NCBI GenBank assembly: GCA_023409615.1
Contig: JAEYRF010000225.1
Location: 1 to 57,983, forward strand
DNA from: Bacillota bacterium
GTDB lineage: Bacteria; Bacillota; Clostridia; Acetivibrionales; DTU013
Direction: 5' to 3'
DNA: 57,983 nt
Shown here: positions 8,042 to 17,591 of the stretch, in pieces
How the letters are laid out: every line of letters starts with the position of its first letter
Numbering within the stretch: the first letter of the stretch is position 1
The notes under the pieces: model-generated
The model's database searches: none
Told to the model about the DNA's origin: nothing
What the model saw: the letters and a program-made list of their open reading frames with translations, nothing else
Program-made: the position numbers and the translations under genes

Positions 8042-11000
8042 ATGAATTTATATATAAATAAGAACAGAGATAATATAGCAGTACATGAAAGACTAAATGG
8101 ATATGTACTTCTAAAACCACTTTTACTTCTGCTGCTAGTCATAGGGGTATTTGTGATTGTGTCGAATGGAGCATACGCCATAAGCCTGACAGCAACTACA
8201 GTCAGTCCGGATACGGATACGCAGGTTAGGCTGGACTGGACGCCTGTTCCCGCAGCACAGGCATACCGGCTAATGCGGCGTACTGATCCTAATCCTGTTA
8301 TAAGTCCTGATATTATAGTTACAACAATAGATGTGCTCAACACCCTTAATTCGTTGAGCTATAAAGATACAGGGCTCGAAGTAGAAACCTCATACTTCTA
8401 TACAATAAGAGCATTTTCTGATACCGCTTGTACGGTTCTTTTGGAAGAGATGACAGTACCGGCAACAACAACGTCAATGATTACTCCTTACAATGTTGAT
8501 GCAGTATTTGATATTAACACGAGAGAGGTTACATTGACATGGGACGTATCAAAATATGCTGACAGCTGTATTATCACACGTTATACCGGGATTGATTCTT
8601 TCACAGAGTTGCCTGCGGATAGTACTACCAGTACAACAATATATGAGAGTGGAATGGATGAGTTGCGGTATTGTGTCTCATCAAAAAGGGGCGCAACGGT
8701 GTCTGGTAAATCATCTATTGTGGCCGTTAAGCCGATAGCGGTTCCTGTTTTACAGGCAGATGTTAATGCGGAGGGTATCACTTTATATTCTTACATGGCA
8801 GTTAATGATTCCAACAAATTCAGGCTGGCACGATCCAAATGGAACGGGAGCTCCTGGAGTGATTGGACAACTGTCTGCGAATATTTTCAAAACGCAATTT
8901 TTACTGACCCGGTATCAGTCGGTGGTCAATATCGGTATAGACTGGAGGCACACTCCAAATACTCAGGGTATAGCAATGTGACAAATTATGTTCATGCTTT
9001 GGGTGCTCCTTCCGGTTTAGCTGCGGAGTTAACAATATTGGCAAAAGTAAGACTGTCATGGACGAATGCGGTGGGAAATAGTGGGAGTATAAGGGTTCTA
9101 CGAAGAGTTGGCACCTCAAACCATTACACTGAGATAGCCACGCTGGCTGCTGATGCAGTAACGTATACTGATGTCGGTATCACAGTTGTTCCAGGTACCG
9201 TTTATTCATATAGGGTAATCGCTTATGAATCTGATGCAAACTATTCCCAAAGCTCAGAAATAAGCATTTCTGAAACCTTACCCGCTGCTCCGACGTCTCT
9301 GCGGGCCGATCTCTCTTCAACAGCTGGGATAACTCTGACCTGGACTGATAACGCAAACAATGAAGATGAGTTTGTCATACAAAGAATGACAAACCCGGGA
9401 ACATATGCTGACTTAACACCGACTGTAGCTGCAAAAACCGGAACCGGCGGCACTGTGACATTTCTGGACGAGGATTTAACGCCGGGAAACACCTACATTT
9501 ACCGGGTTTGTTCTTCTAATGCCCTTGGCAGTTCCGCCTATTCCAATGAAGTTACCGTCAGCTCGTGGGACACGGTCGCACCCGCTTCGCTGACTGTTAC
9601 GCCGGTCTCTTCCAACCGGATGGATCTGGCATGGAGCTATACTGGAACATTGACCTACAACACCGTCATTGAGAGGAAAGTCGGTACAACCGGCTCATGG
9701 GCGACGATCTATACAGCGCCCCGGGGTGTATTGAAATACAGTGATACCGGCTTATCACCCAACACACAGTATTTCTACCGGATAAGAAAATCATTGGGGC
9801 CAAATGCCACTGGGATCTCCTTCCCTAATAATGAGATCGGCAAAGGTGCGTATACCATGCTTGGAAATTTGAGTTTATCAGGAGATGCTGTGTCCGGGAA
9901 TACCATCCGTCTTTCCTGGAGTGGTAATACATTTGCAGACGTGATCATTGAGAGAAAAATGGCCAATGGCAGCTTCAGTGTTATCACAACGGTAAATACA
10001 TATACAAATTCATGGTACGACAATACAGGACTGGTTCCAGGTGCATCATATACATACAGGGTAAAGACACAAACGGCTGCAAATGAATCATTATACTCTA
10101 ATGAGTTCACGGTACAGAATTTTTATCTTGAGGAACCATCTAGTCTCAGCGCTACAGTTGATACCGAGTCAACAATTACACTGAACTGGACGGACAATTC
10201 ACGGGATGAGACGGGCTTTGAGATTTGGAGGTATGTTTATGGTACCAGCGAATATACTCTTTATGCAACGGTTGGGCAGAATATAACTTCGTTTACAGAT
10301 ACAAAGGTCTCTAAGGGTATACAGTATTCTTATAAGGTAAGAGCATATATTGCAGCAGACAGCTACTACTCGCCATTTTCCGGAATAGCATCTACTGGTG
10401 TCGGGCTGATATCACCCCCTTCAAACCTAAGTTATACGTATGTTTCCAACAAAACGGTAATACTAAACTGGAAGGACAATTCTGAAAAAGAGAGCGGTTT
10501 TAAAATAGAGCGACGAGTAGGGACTGACGGAGAGTGGACGGTGGTGTACTCGGTATCCAGAAATGATACATCGTATACGGCTTATAATCTTAATCCAGAT
10601 ATAGAGTACTATTTCAGAGTGCGCGCATATACTTATTCAGAGAATGCGGATGCTGTGAGTGAGGAGGTCCTGGTTAGTACGGCTTTACCGATAGCACCAT
10701 CAAATGTATTGGCACAATCCGTTTCTGTTTCACAGGTCAAAATCACATGGCAGGATAATTCTGATAATGAAAAAGGTTTTAGGGTTTTGCGCAGACCCTC
10801 AACCAGTTCTACATATACTTCGGTTGCAACAGTCCTCAGCAATGCGACTATTTACTATGACAATACCGTAGTATACGGCAATCGTTACTATTATAAGGTG
10901 GCTGCTTATAATGATACTGGTTCGTCGGAAAGTCCTGTTGCTGAGGTAAGGACTAGTACAAAATCGAATTTTACTGATCTTGGAAGAGTATCATGGGCAA

Positions 11001-11518
11001 AGGATGCTATAGAAAGCCTTGCGGGATTGGGTATCATCAAGGGTGTCTCAAATAATTCATATGCACCTGATAGAACTATTTCCAAGGCAGAGTTTACTAC
11101 AATTGTAGTTAGGGCTTTTAAACTTGAAACGGCGCCGATAGGCGCACTTGCAGATGTCAAATCTAACAAATGGTATTATAAGGATGTCATGATAGCAGAG
11201 AATCTTGGAGTGATTGCAGGTGATGATAATAACAGATTCTATCCTGAGGTGGCAATCACCCGTGAGGAAATCTGTGTTATGCTTTTTAATGCGCTGCAGG
11301 CATCTGGGAAGAAGTTTACTATTCATGACAATTCTGAATTAGAGAGATTTATTGATAGAAATAATATATCACCAGTCGCCGTATCCAGCATGGCAACTCT
11401 AGCCGGCGAAGGCGTCATTGAAGGATTACCGGGAAATATTATCGGGCCGAAATATACGGCGACGAGAGCTCAGGCAGCCGTGTTACTGTACAGGACACTG
11501 AGCAGGATCAGTGAGTAA
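8042..11518 (+). CDS. Surface protein with about ten fibronectin type III-like repeats and three C-terminal SLH domains
   Basis: The ORF opens at 7991, but the ATG at 8042 follows GGGGGGA. The N-terminal signal/anchor is LLKPLLLLLLVIGVFVIVSNGAYA. FN3-like units recur (e.g. ITLTWTDNANNEDEFVIQR, ITLNWTDNSRDETGFEIWR, VILNWKDNSEKESGFKIER, VKITWQDNSDNEKGFRVLR). The SLH tail reads FTDLGRVSWAKDAIESLAGLGIIKG..., WYYKDVMIAENLGVIAGD..., ISPVAVSSMATLAGEGVIEG... Confidence 0.9.
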   Translation: MNLYINKNRDNIAVHERLNGYVLLKPLLLLLLVIGVFVIVSNGAYAISLTATTVSPDTDTQVRLDWTPVPAAQAYRLMRRTDPNPVISPDIIVTTIDVLNTLNSLSYKDTGLEVETSYFYTIRAFSDTACTVLLEEMTVPATTTSMITPYNVDAVFDINTREVTLTWDVSKYADSCIITRYTGIDSFTELPADSTTSTTIYESGMDELRYCVSSKRGATVSGKSSIVAVKPIAVPVLQADVNAEGITLYSYMAVNDSNKFRLARSKWNGSSWSDWTTVCEYFQNAIFTDPVSVGGQYRYRLEAHSKYSGYSNVTNYVHALGAPSGLAAELTILAKVRLSWTNAVGNSGSIRVLRRVGTSNHYTEIATLAADAVTYTDVGITVVPGTVYSYRVIAYESDANYSQSSEISISETLPAAPTSLRADLSSTAGITLTWTDNANNEDEFVIQRMTNPGTYADLTPTVAAKTGTGGTVTFLDEDLTPGNTYIYRVCSSNALGSSAYSNEVTVSSWDTVAPASLTVTPVSSNRMDLAWSYTGTLTYNTVIERKVGTTGSWATIYTAPRGVLKYSDTGLSPNTQYFYRIRKSLGPNATGISFPNNEIGKGAYTMLGNLSLSGDAVSGNTIRLSWSGNTFADVIIERKMANGSFSVITTVNTYTNSWYDNTGLVPGASYTYRVKTQTAANESLYSNEFTVQNFYLEEPSSLSATVDTESTITLNWTDNSRDETGFEIWRYVYGTSEYTLYATVGQNITSFTDTKVSKGIQYSYKVRAYIAADSYYSPFSGIASTGVGLISPPSNLSYTYVSNKTVILNWKDNSEKESGFKIERRVGTDGEWTVVYSVSRNDTSYTAYNLNPDIEYYFRVRAYTYSENADAVSEEVLVSTALPIAPSNVLAQSVSVSQVKITWQDNSDNEKGFRVLRRPSTSSTYTSVATVLSNATIYYDNTVVYGNRYYYKVAAYNDTGSSESPVAEVRTSTKSNFTDLGRVSWAKDAIESLAGLGIIKGVSNNSYAPDRTISKAEFTTIVVRAFKLETAPIGALADVKSNKWYYKDVMIAENLGVIAGDDNNRFYPEVAITREEICVMLFNALQASGKKFTIHDNSELERFIDRNNISPVAVSSMATLAGEGVIEGLPGNIIGPKYTATRAQAAVLLYRTLSRISE

Positions 11519-11530
11519 GGGTTCAGGGGT

Positions 11531-11678
11531 AGAGTCCGTAATTAGTAAATAAGAGAATTAGTAAACAGTCAAGAAGAGAATCCGTAAGAAGAGTAGAACA
11601 GGATATGTAATCAGCCAAGAAGAGGGACGGTAATAAGATATAGAATAGAACAGAATCCCTAATCAGTTAATAAGAGAA
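11531..11678 (+). repeat. Five to six degenerate 22-27-nt purine-rich repeats (core GTAAT-AG-AA-AAGAGAA) in the 3' region of the FN3/SLH gene
   Basis: The units read by eye are ccgtaattagtaaataagagaa, ttagtaaacagtcaagaagagaa, tccgtaagaagagtagaacagga, tatgtaatcagccaagaagaggga and tccctaatcagttaataagagaa. Confidence 0.5.
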
Positions 11679-11721
11679 CCCGGAGCAGCTTCATGAGGAT
11701 AGCTCATGAAGCTGCTCCGGG
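11679..11721. terminator. Long perfect hairpin (19-bp stem) between convergent genes
   Basis: cccggagcagcttcatgag-gata-gctcatgaagctgctccggg. There is no clear U-tract on the + side and a moderately U-rich tract on the - side. Confidence 0.6.
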
Positions 11722-11745
11722 TGGGAAATTATACGGGCTGCAGTC

Positions 11746-12888
11746 TTATTCGAACAGTGCTGCAGCCTTGTTCATGTTTTCAATAACTTTAACATGGAAA
11801 GGGCATATGGCTTCGCAGCTTCCGCAGGCGATACAGTCTGAAGCCTTGCTGCTCAGAGCATCATATTGCTCGCGGAGCTGAGGTGTTATCTTTCCATCCA
11901 GCGATGCTATATCCAGCAATTTTGTTGTTGCTGCAATGTCTATCTCAGATGGACATGGCAGACAATGGTTGCAATAAGCGCATTTCGCATGCAATGTACT
12001 CTTAAGGCCCTTGAGCGCATCGCTGTAATCCCTTTGTTCCTCTGTGAGGTTCAGGTAATTGACTGCCTCAAGCACCTCATCCCGGGTTTTACAGCCAATC
12101 AGCGTGCTTACGACAGCCGGGCGAGATAGAGCATAATGGATACACTGACCTACGGTCAATGCTTGATCAAACGGTGTGAAATCCTTTGAAAGCAACTTGC
12201 CTGCCGCAAGGGTTTTCATTGTGGTTATCGCAACACCCTTACTCTCACACAACTCATAGAGACGTGCACGCACCGGGTTGATGCCGTTTAGCTGAGTATT
12301 ATCTATTTTTTTATCCAGATATGAGAGAGAATATAGGTCAAGCGGCATCATATCAAAGGCCAGATTTGTACTAAACATCAGCAGATCTATAACCCCTGTT
12401 TCAACAACCCTTGCAGCCATTTCCGGGTCATGGGAGCTTGCACCTACTGCACGGATCTTGCCCTCCCGCTTCAATTGCTGTACATATGAGATGTAATCTG
12501 TATCAAAAACACCCTTGAAATCTTCTTCTGTATCGATAAAGAACATCATGCCCAAATCAATATAGTCTGTGTTGAAGGTACGCATAAGGTTTTCAAAGTA
12601 TTTGCGGCAGGTAGCTACATCGCGCGTCCTGTCATATTGCTCATTTGTGTCTACAGAACCGATATGACCCTGCAACAGAACCTGGTTTCTCCTGCCTTTG
12701 AGGGCTCTTGATATATTTTCTCTTACCGGAGTGCCGGGCATAAATACATCAAAAATATTTATGTCGGATTCGAGTGCTGCGTCAATAACTTCTTCGCTCA
12801 CTTCATAAGGCCGGTTATCTAAATGCTCCGTTCCAAGACCTATAATGCTTGCCTTCATTCCTGTTTTTCCAATTGGTCTGTAAATCAT
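11746..12888 (-). CDS. Aldo/keto reductase fused to a C-terminal 4Fe-4S ferredoxin-type domain
   Basis: 380-aa ORF. The AKR-like N-terminus is MKASIIGLGTEHL...FDVFMPG...AVGASSH. The C-terminal Cys clusters are CAYCNHCLPCP and CIACGSCEAICP. Confidence 0.8.
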   Translation of the reverse strand: MIYRPIGKTGMKASIIGLGTEHLDNRPYEVSEEVIDAALESDINIFDVFMPGTPVRENISRALKGRRNQVLLQGHIGSVDTNEQYDRTRDVATCRKYFENLMRTFNTDYIDLGMMFFIDTEEDFKGVFDTDYISYVQQLKREGKIRAVGASSHDPEMAARVVETGVIDLLMFSTNLAFDMMPLDLYSLSYLDKKIDNTQLNGINPVRARLYELCESKGVAITTMKTLAAGKLLSKDFTPFDQALTVGQCIHYALSRPAVVSTLIGCKTRDEVLEAVNYLNLTEEQRDYSDALKGLKSTLHAKCAYCNHCLPCPSEIDIAATTKLLDIASLDGKITPQLREQYDALSSKASDCIACGSCEAICPFHVKVIENMNKAAALFE

Positions 12889-12908
12889 GGCTACCCTCCG
12901 AAAATTAT

Positions 12909-13967
12909 TTATTTCTGGACGCTAAATTTGTAAATCGTAGCGTGCTTGTATTCCTCTCCCGCTCTTAGTATGGGTGACGGGAAATGCTTATGTTTCATTG
13001 CATTGGGGAAGTATTGCGTCTCAAGGCAAAGGCCGCCTCTTTTATTGTAAACAGCTCCGCCCTTGCCCGGGGCGTTATCGACGAAGTTACCAGTATAAAG
13101 CTGAACTCCGGGTTTTGTCGTGTACACCTCCATCTGCCGACCTGTCTTCGGGTCATATAATTCAGCCGCCTTCTCCGGAGCCTTTCCACTGACATTCAGA
13201 ACCCAGTTATGGTCATAACCCTTGCCGTAGACTATTTGTTCGTCAGGGCTGTCGATATTCGCGCCCACTCGCGTTAAAGAGGTAAAGTCCATCGGTGTAT
13301 TCTTAACTTCTCGTATTTCACCTGTCGGGATGCCCTCGCTGTTAATTACAGTGAAGCGATCTGCGTTGATTTTAAGCTCATGGGACAGAATATCTCCTGA
13401 AGCATGTCCGGATAAATTAAAGTAGGCATGGTTTGTCAGGTTGACAACCGTATCCTTGTCTGAGACGGCGAAGTACTCTATCTTCAATTCATTTTCCTCT
13501 GTAAGGGTATACAGGACCTTAACATCCAGATTACCCGGGTAATTTTCCTCTCCGTCCGGACTTCTGTAAAGCAGCTGCAGGGACTGACCGTCAGCGCTGT
13601 CAATTATACCGGCTTCCCATACTACCTTATCAAAACCTTTGATACCGCCATGCAGGTGATTTTTGCCGTCATTTACGGCAAGGTGGTATGTTACCCCATT
13701 TAACTCGAACTCAGAATTTTCTATTCTATTTGCATGCCTACCGATTAGGGCGCCAAAGAAGTAGGTGATATTGCAGTACTGCTCAAGGCTGTCAAAGCCA
13801 AGGGTAACGTCATCTATCTTTCCGTTTTTGTCAGGAACTTCGATAGATACTATAGTTCCGCCATAGTTTATGATTTTTACCTTCATATTGTTTGAGTTGG
13901 TGAGGGTGAAAATATCTACTGGTGACCCATCCTGTAAATTACCGTAATGATTCTTTTGAATGTTCAT
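12909..13967 (-). CDS. galM: Aldose 1-epimerase (galactose mutarotase)
   Basis: The ORF opens at 13991, but the ATG at 13967 has GGAGGA 7 nt upstream. Family motifs are present (GGTIVSIEVPDKNG, NHLHGG, NLTNHAYFNL, LCLETQYFPNA). Confidence 0.85.
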   Translation of the reverse strand: MNIQKNHYGNLQDGSPVDIFTLTNSNNMKVKIINYGGTIVSIEVPDKNGKIDDVTLGFDSLEQYCNITYFFGALIGRHANRIENSEFELNGVTYHLAVNDGKNHLHGGIKGFDKVVWEAGIIDSADGQSLQLLYRSPDGEENYPGNLDVKVLYTLTEENELKIEYFAVSDKDTVVNLTNHAYFNLSGHASGDILSHELKINADRFTVINSEGIPTGEIREVKNTPMDFTSLTRVGANIDSPDEQIVYGKGYDHNWVLNVSGKAPEKAAELYDPKTGRQMEVYTTKPGVQLYTGNFVDNAPGKGGAVYNKRGGLCLETQYFPNAMKHKHFPSPILRAGEEYKHATIYKFSVQK

Positions 13968-14013
13968 ACGTATCCTCCGCTTCATTTTCATTAGAAGTAT
14001 TAGCTATGTAGAT

Positions 14014-14049
14014 ATTATATCATGAATTTGCAAAAATTCATGATATAAT
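14014..14049. promoter_or_regulatory. 36-bp palindrome (16-bp arms, 4-bp spacer) carrying two outward-facing extended -10 boxes (TGATATAAT) between galM and the AraC gene
   Basis: attatatcatgaattt-gcaa-aaattcatgatataat. TGATATAAT occurs on the + strand at 14041..14049, and on the - strand as the complement of 14014..14022. Confidence 0.55.
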
Positions 14050-14215
14050 TAACCATGTGCGTTTTATGACATTTATTCTTGGGAAAGTACCCCAAAAAAG
14101 TATCCCTGATAAAGTATATGTTTCTTAATGCTGAAATATAGCGAAATTTATAGTATAATAAAACAATATATGGAATATCACTCTAAGCATTTGAATGCGA
14201 AGGAAGCGGAGAAAA

Positions 14216-14989
14216 ATGAGTAGTAATGTGGAAGGAACGCAAAATAACATTATGGAATCATTTCAATCGCTCTTTGGAAAAGAAGAACTGCTTGCCAAAG
14301 TGATCGAGTGCTTCCCTTACCCTATTGAGGTTTTCGCTCCCGATCGAACGACGGTGCTGGTGAATAAGGCTATACTATCTGAATATCACGTTTCCAGCCC
14401 GGACATGATTGTTGGGAAATACAATGTATTTAAAGATCCTGCAGTTATTGCAACGGGGCAGATCAACTTGCTAAGGCGCGCTTTTCAAGGAGAAACTGTC
14501 TTTTGCCCGGATGTTAAGGTTCCTTTGGAAGAAATTGTGGAGCGATACGGCATACAGGACTTTGACGTGGAGGTTGTATATCAGGACATCACTGTTTTCC
14601 CCATTCTGGATGACATGAAACGGGTTATATATGTTGTGGCATTTTTGATCAACAGGAGAGTTTATCGCGGCAAGGATGAAATTGAAAAGGCAAAAGAGTA
14701 TATGGAAAACCAGTGGCAGGAGCCGTTTGACGCCGGCGAAACGGCAAAGGCGGCATGTCTGAGCAAGGCCTATTTCACAAAGCTGTTCAAAAAGCATACC
14801 GGTATAACTCCCCATGAGTATTACATGAACTATAAAGTCAGCAAATTGAAGGAGAAGTTGCTTGATACCAATCTTACCATCGCACAGGCCTTTGCCGCCT
14901 GCAATATGGACTATAACGGCCATTCAGCCCGAGTATTTAGGGATAAAACCGGCGTGTCTCCGTCTGAATATCGAAAAATGTCGGAATAA
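14216..14989 (+). CDS. AraC-family transcriptional regulator with an N-terminal PAS-like sensor domain
   Basis: The ORF opens at 14195 and the ATG at 14216 follows GGAG. The C-terminal AraC HTH is LSKAYFTKLFKKHTGITPHEYY...HSARVFRDKTGVSPSEYRK. The N-terminal domain carries FPYPIEVFAPDRTTVLVNKA. Confidence 0.8.
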   Translation: MSSNVEGTQNNIMESFQSLFGKEELLAKVIECFPYPIEVFAPDRTTVLVNKAILSEYHVSSPDMIVGKYNVFKDPAVIATGQINLLRRAFQGETVFCPDVKVPLEEIVERYGIQDFDVEVVYQDITVFPILDDMKRVIYVVAFLINRRVYRGKDEIEKAKEYMENQWQEPFDAGETAKAACLSKAYFTKLFKKHTGITPHEYYMNYKVSKLKEKLLDTNLTIAQAFAACNMDYNGHSARVFRDKTGVSPSEYRKMSE

Positions 14990-15066
14990 GATGAATTGTA
15001 ATTAATTCCGCCTTCATTCATTGCCGACCTATTGAGGTCAGCATTTTCTTAATACACATATAAGGG

Positions 15067-15111
15067 AAAGCCGGATTCTAGTTTCGTACAGGAGTCCGGC
15101 TTCTTTTTTTT
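15067..15111 (+). terminator. Rho-independent terminator after the AraC gene
   Basis: aaagccggattc-tagtttcgtacag-gagtccggcttt stem with one mismatch, followed by a T-run (ttcttttttttt). Confidence 0.75.
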
Positions 15112-15257
15112 AACTAAAAATAACACTTTCCTTACTAAATATGAGTATATACAGTCTATCATTGCAATTGGCGGGCAAATAAAATATGGATAGGGCATTT
15201 GCAATGTGTCATATTTATGAAAACTGTCAGTGGTTCGGATAGATGGGGAGGATTCAT

Positions 15258-15743
15258 ATGGGCGACAAAACAAAAGAACAGCTGCTTGAGGAACTGTCAG
15301 AGGCACAGAAAATGTTGGAGGAGAAAACTGAGACACAGGGTCAAATGATAAAAAAATTGCAGATGATTATCGCTAATGAGGGACTGTTTTCGCAAATTAT
15401 TGACTTTTTCCCTTATCCCATTGCAATATTTGCGCCGCAGTATACTCTAGCTATGGTAAATAAGGCTTTTGAGTCGGAAATAAAATCGCGGTTTATGAGC
15501 CGGGAAAAAGAGGCTGTTCGCATTCTTCAATACATGATTGATGATACACAATTGGCTGTCGCCGTCTCGCATGTTTTTAGCGGAAAGACCTTTTTTTTAG
15601 AGGGAGTAAAGAACGCATTTTCTATGTTTTCGGCAGTTACACAACAAGGTGCGTCACAGCTTGATCATTTGAGTAAAGTACTGGTTTTTCCTGTCCCGGG
15701 CGATGGTGATAAAATCACCCACGGCGTAATTGTGTTTATGTGA
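15258..15743 (+). CDS. Stand-alone PAS-like sensor-domain protein with an N-terminal coiled coil, paralogous to the AraC regulator N-terminus
   Basis: The ATG at 15258 has GGAGGA 5 nt upstream (the ORF opens at 15243). It shares FPYPIAIFAPQYTLAMVNKA, F-x-G-x-T-x-F and VFP motifs with 14216..14989. It has no DNA-binding domain. Confidence 0.7.
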   Translation: MGDKTKEQLLEELSEAQKMLEEKTETQGQMIKKLQMIIANEGLFSQIIDFFPYPIAIFAPQYTLAMVNKAFESEIKSRFMSREKEAVRILQYMIDDTQLAVAVSHVFSGKTFFLEGVKNAFSMFSAVTQQGASQLDHLSKVLVFPVPGDGDKITHGVIVFM

Positions 15744-15822
15744 TGAGCAAAAAAGCACAGGACATGAGAAGTGAAAACTTTTGTCTATACTACACAAATT
15801 TATTTTATAGGGGGATGTTATT

Positions 15823-17367
15823 ATGTTAAGAAAGTTAATTATTCTAATGCTTTGCCTGATGCTGGTTATACCTACAATAGTACTGGCGGAGGAGGGTGAC
15901 ATGCCCGTTTTAGTAAAACCGGCCAGCATGACGGTACGTACCGATGAAAACAATAATCTGCAGCTTCGCTTGACACAACCTGACAGTATAATGGAATACA
16001 TTGAGAAGGAAGAGGATGAATTTTGGATATTATATGAGCTTGATTTCAAGATCAATGACGATCCGTGGAAATTCGATAAAAACTGGGCCGGGGTCACCGT
16101 CCAGAATGGTGTCATGGAATACTATGAAAGCTATTATGATAAAATGAACGTTGTAGCCTCCCTGAATAATATCGGTCATGATGAAAAAAATGCCTTTGAC
16201 ATTCCAATATTCCCTGAAAATCTGGGACTGGATGCATTTGACCTGCAAAACAATACATACTCTTTCCGCTATCGCTTCCTATATGAGTACGATGCTGAGG
16301 ATCCAGCTACCGGAGAATGGGGATACAAGGTTATTGCTTCACCTTATTCCGAGACAGCAGTAATCGGCAAGGCACAGGCAAGTGCGATTCCTGACAGTCT
16401 GGAGGCTCCCGTCAAGCTGACAGGAGAATTAAAAACCGGAGATCAAGGCCAGCCTTATTTTCACTTCAATTTTGTTATACCTCAAAGTGTAGAGGATGCC
16501 AATAAAGCTACCAATGTATGGACCAAGCTGGACTGGAAGATAGGCAGCGGAAAATGGGCAACGGAGCTGGCCGGAGTGGAACCTTTTGAAAAAGCCGACA
16601 GGATGCTTTCGGATGATGTGGATGTGGATCCCATTGATGAAGGTGGCTGGGGAGAGATAGACATCAAGGAAAACACTTACTATTTCCGGGCATTTTTTGA
16701 GTTAAAAAAGCCCGATGGTTCCTTTGTAAAATCACCATTCTCAAATGTAGTTGAAATAGGTACGGGGGCTTTCTACAGCGGAGCTTCAAACTGGGCAAAG
16801 CCTGAGCTTCAAAAAGCCAATGACTTGGGACTTATCCCCGGCATTTTGAAGGGAGCGGATATGACCAAGCCGATAACCCGCGAGGAATTTGTCGAGCTTG
16901 CAGTATTGCTGTATGAAAAGGTTTCGGAGAAAAAAAGCAGTGCATTTTCTCCGAACCCCTTTACCGATACAACGAATCCACAAATATTGAAGGCACTTAA
17001 CCTGGGAATAACAACGGGCATGTCTAATACTACATTTTCTCCGAAGGTGCTGATTAACAGGGAACAGTGTGCCACGATGCTGTTCAGAGCTATCAAGGCA
17101 ATAAACCCTGATGGAGATTACAGTATTGCTGGCGTTAAGGATTTTCCCGACCAGAAATACATTTCATCATATGCAGTTGAAGCAACAAAATATATGAGCA
17201 AAACCGGAATTATTGGCGGCGATGCAAAAGGCAATTTTATGCCAAAGGCAACAACTCCTGCACAGGAGGCCACCGGATACGGTATGGCAACGAGAGAGCA
17301 AGCGATAGCCTTATCGTTAAGAACATATGATAAAGGGGCAGAAATCAAAGCATCCGGCAGTAATTAA
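15823..17367 (+). CDS. Secreted protein of unknown function with C-terminal SLH-type repeats
   Basis: 514-aa ORF with GGGGGA RBS. The signal peptide is MLRKLIILMLCLMLVIPTIVLA. There is an internal duplication (DDPWKFDKNWAG / LDWKIGSGKWATELAG). SLH-like repeats are present (ASNWAKPELQKANDLGLIPG..., FTDTTNPQILKALNLGITTG..., ISSYAVEATKYMSKTGIIGG...). Confidence 0.8.
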   Translation: MLRKLIILMLCLMLVIPTIVLAEEGDMPVLVKPASMTVRTDENNNLQLRLTQPDSIMEYIEKEEDEFWILYELDFKINDDPWKFDKNWAGVTVQNGVMEYYESYYDKMNVVASLNNIGHDEKNAFDIPIFPENLGLDAFDLQNNTYSFRYRFLYEYDAEDPATGEWGYKVIASPYSETAVIGKAQASAIPDSLEAPVKLTGELKTGDQGQPYFHFNFVIPQSVEDANKATNVWTKLDWKIGSGKWATELAGVEPFEKADRMLSDDVDVDPIDEGGWGEIDIKENTYYFRAFFELKKPDGSFVKSPFSNVVEIGTGAFYSGASNWAKPELQKANDLGLIPGILKGADMTKPITREEFVELAVLLYEKVSEKKSSAFSPNPFTDTTNPQILKALNLGITTGMSNTTFSPKVLINREQCATMLFRAIKAINPDGDYSIAGVKDFPDQKYISSYAVEATKYMSKTGIIGGDAKGNFMPKATTPAQEATGYGMATREQAIALSLRTYDKGAEIKASGSN

Positions 17368-17423
17368 TATCCGGTTAACAAGCTCTGACGGCAGCACAGT
17401 GCTTCCGTAAATTCAACATAAGC

Positions 17424-17522
17424 TCATCCGCTGTAACCGGAAAAATTAGCGGCGAAGGCGGCTTGAGCAAGTGACAGAACTAACATGATAAATAAAATAA
17501 AGGAAATCAGTTTGCGCATCAT
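17424..17522 (-). CDS. Possible 32-aa mini-ORF: a Sec-type signal peptide plus an 8-residue tail
   Basis: Not in the ORF track. It reads MMRKLISFILFIMLVLSLAQAAFA-ANFSGYSG with AGGGGG about 10 nt upstream of the ATG. It could equally be the relic of a 5' gene end. Confidence 0.3.
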   Translation of the reverse strand: MMRKLISFILFIMLVLSLAQAAFAANFSGYSG

Positions 17523-17563
17523 TTCATATACCCCCTGCTTAGTCAATTAGCTTCACTTAGGGA

Positions 17564-17591
17564 GTCAGGTGGAGACTGAACTCCACCTGAC
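17564..17591. other. 11-bp perfect hairpin without a U-tract, downstream of the RCC1/SLH gene
   Basis: gtcaggtggag-actgaa-ctccacctgac. Confidence 0.5.

Noticed and set aside
11693-11881. 62-aa + strand ORF
   Set aside because: It starts inside the long terminator hairpin and then runs antisense into the aldo/keto reductase 3' end. It has no RBS.
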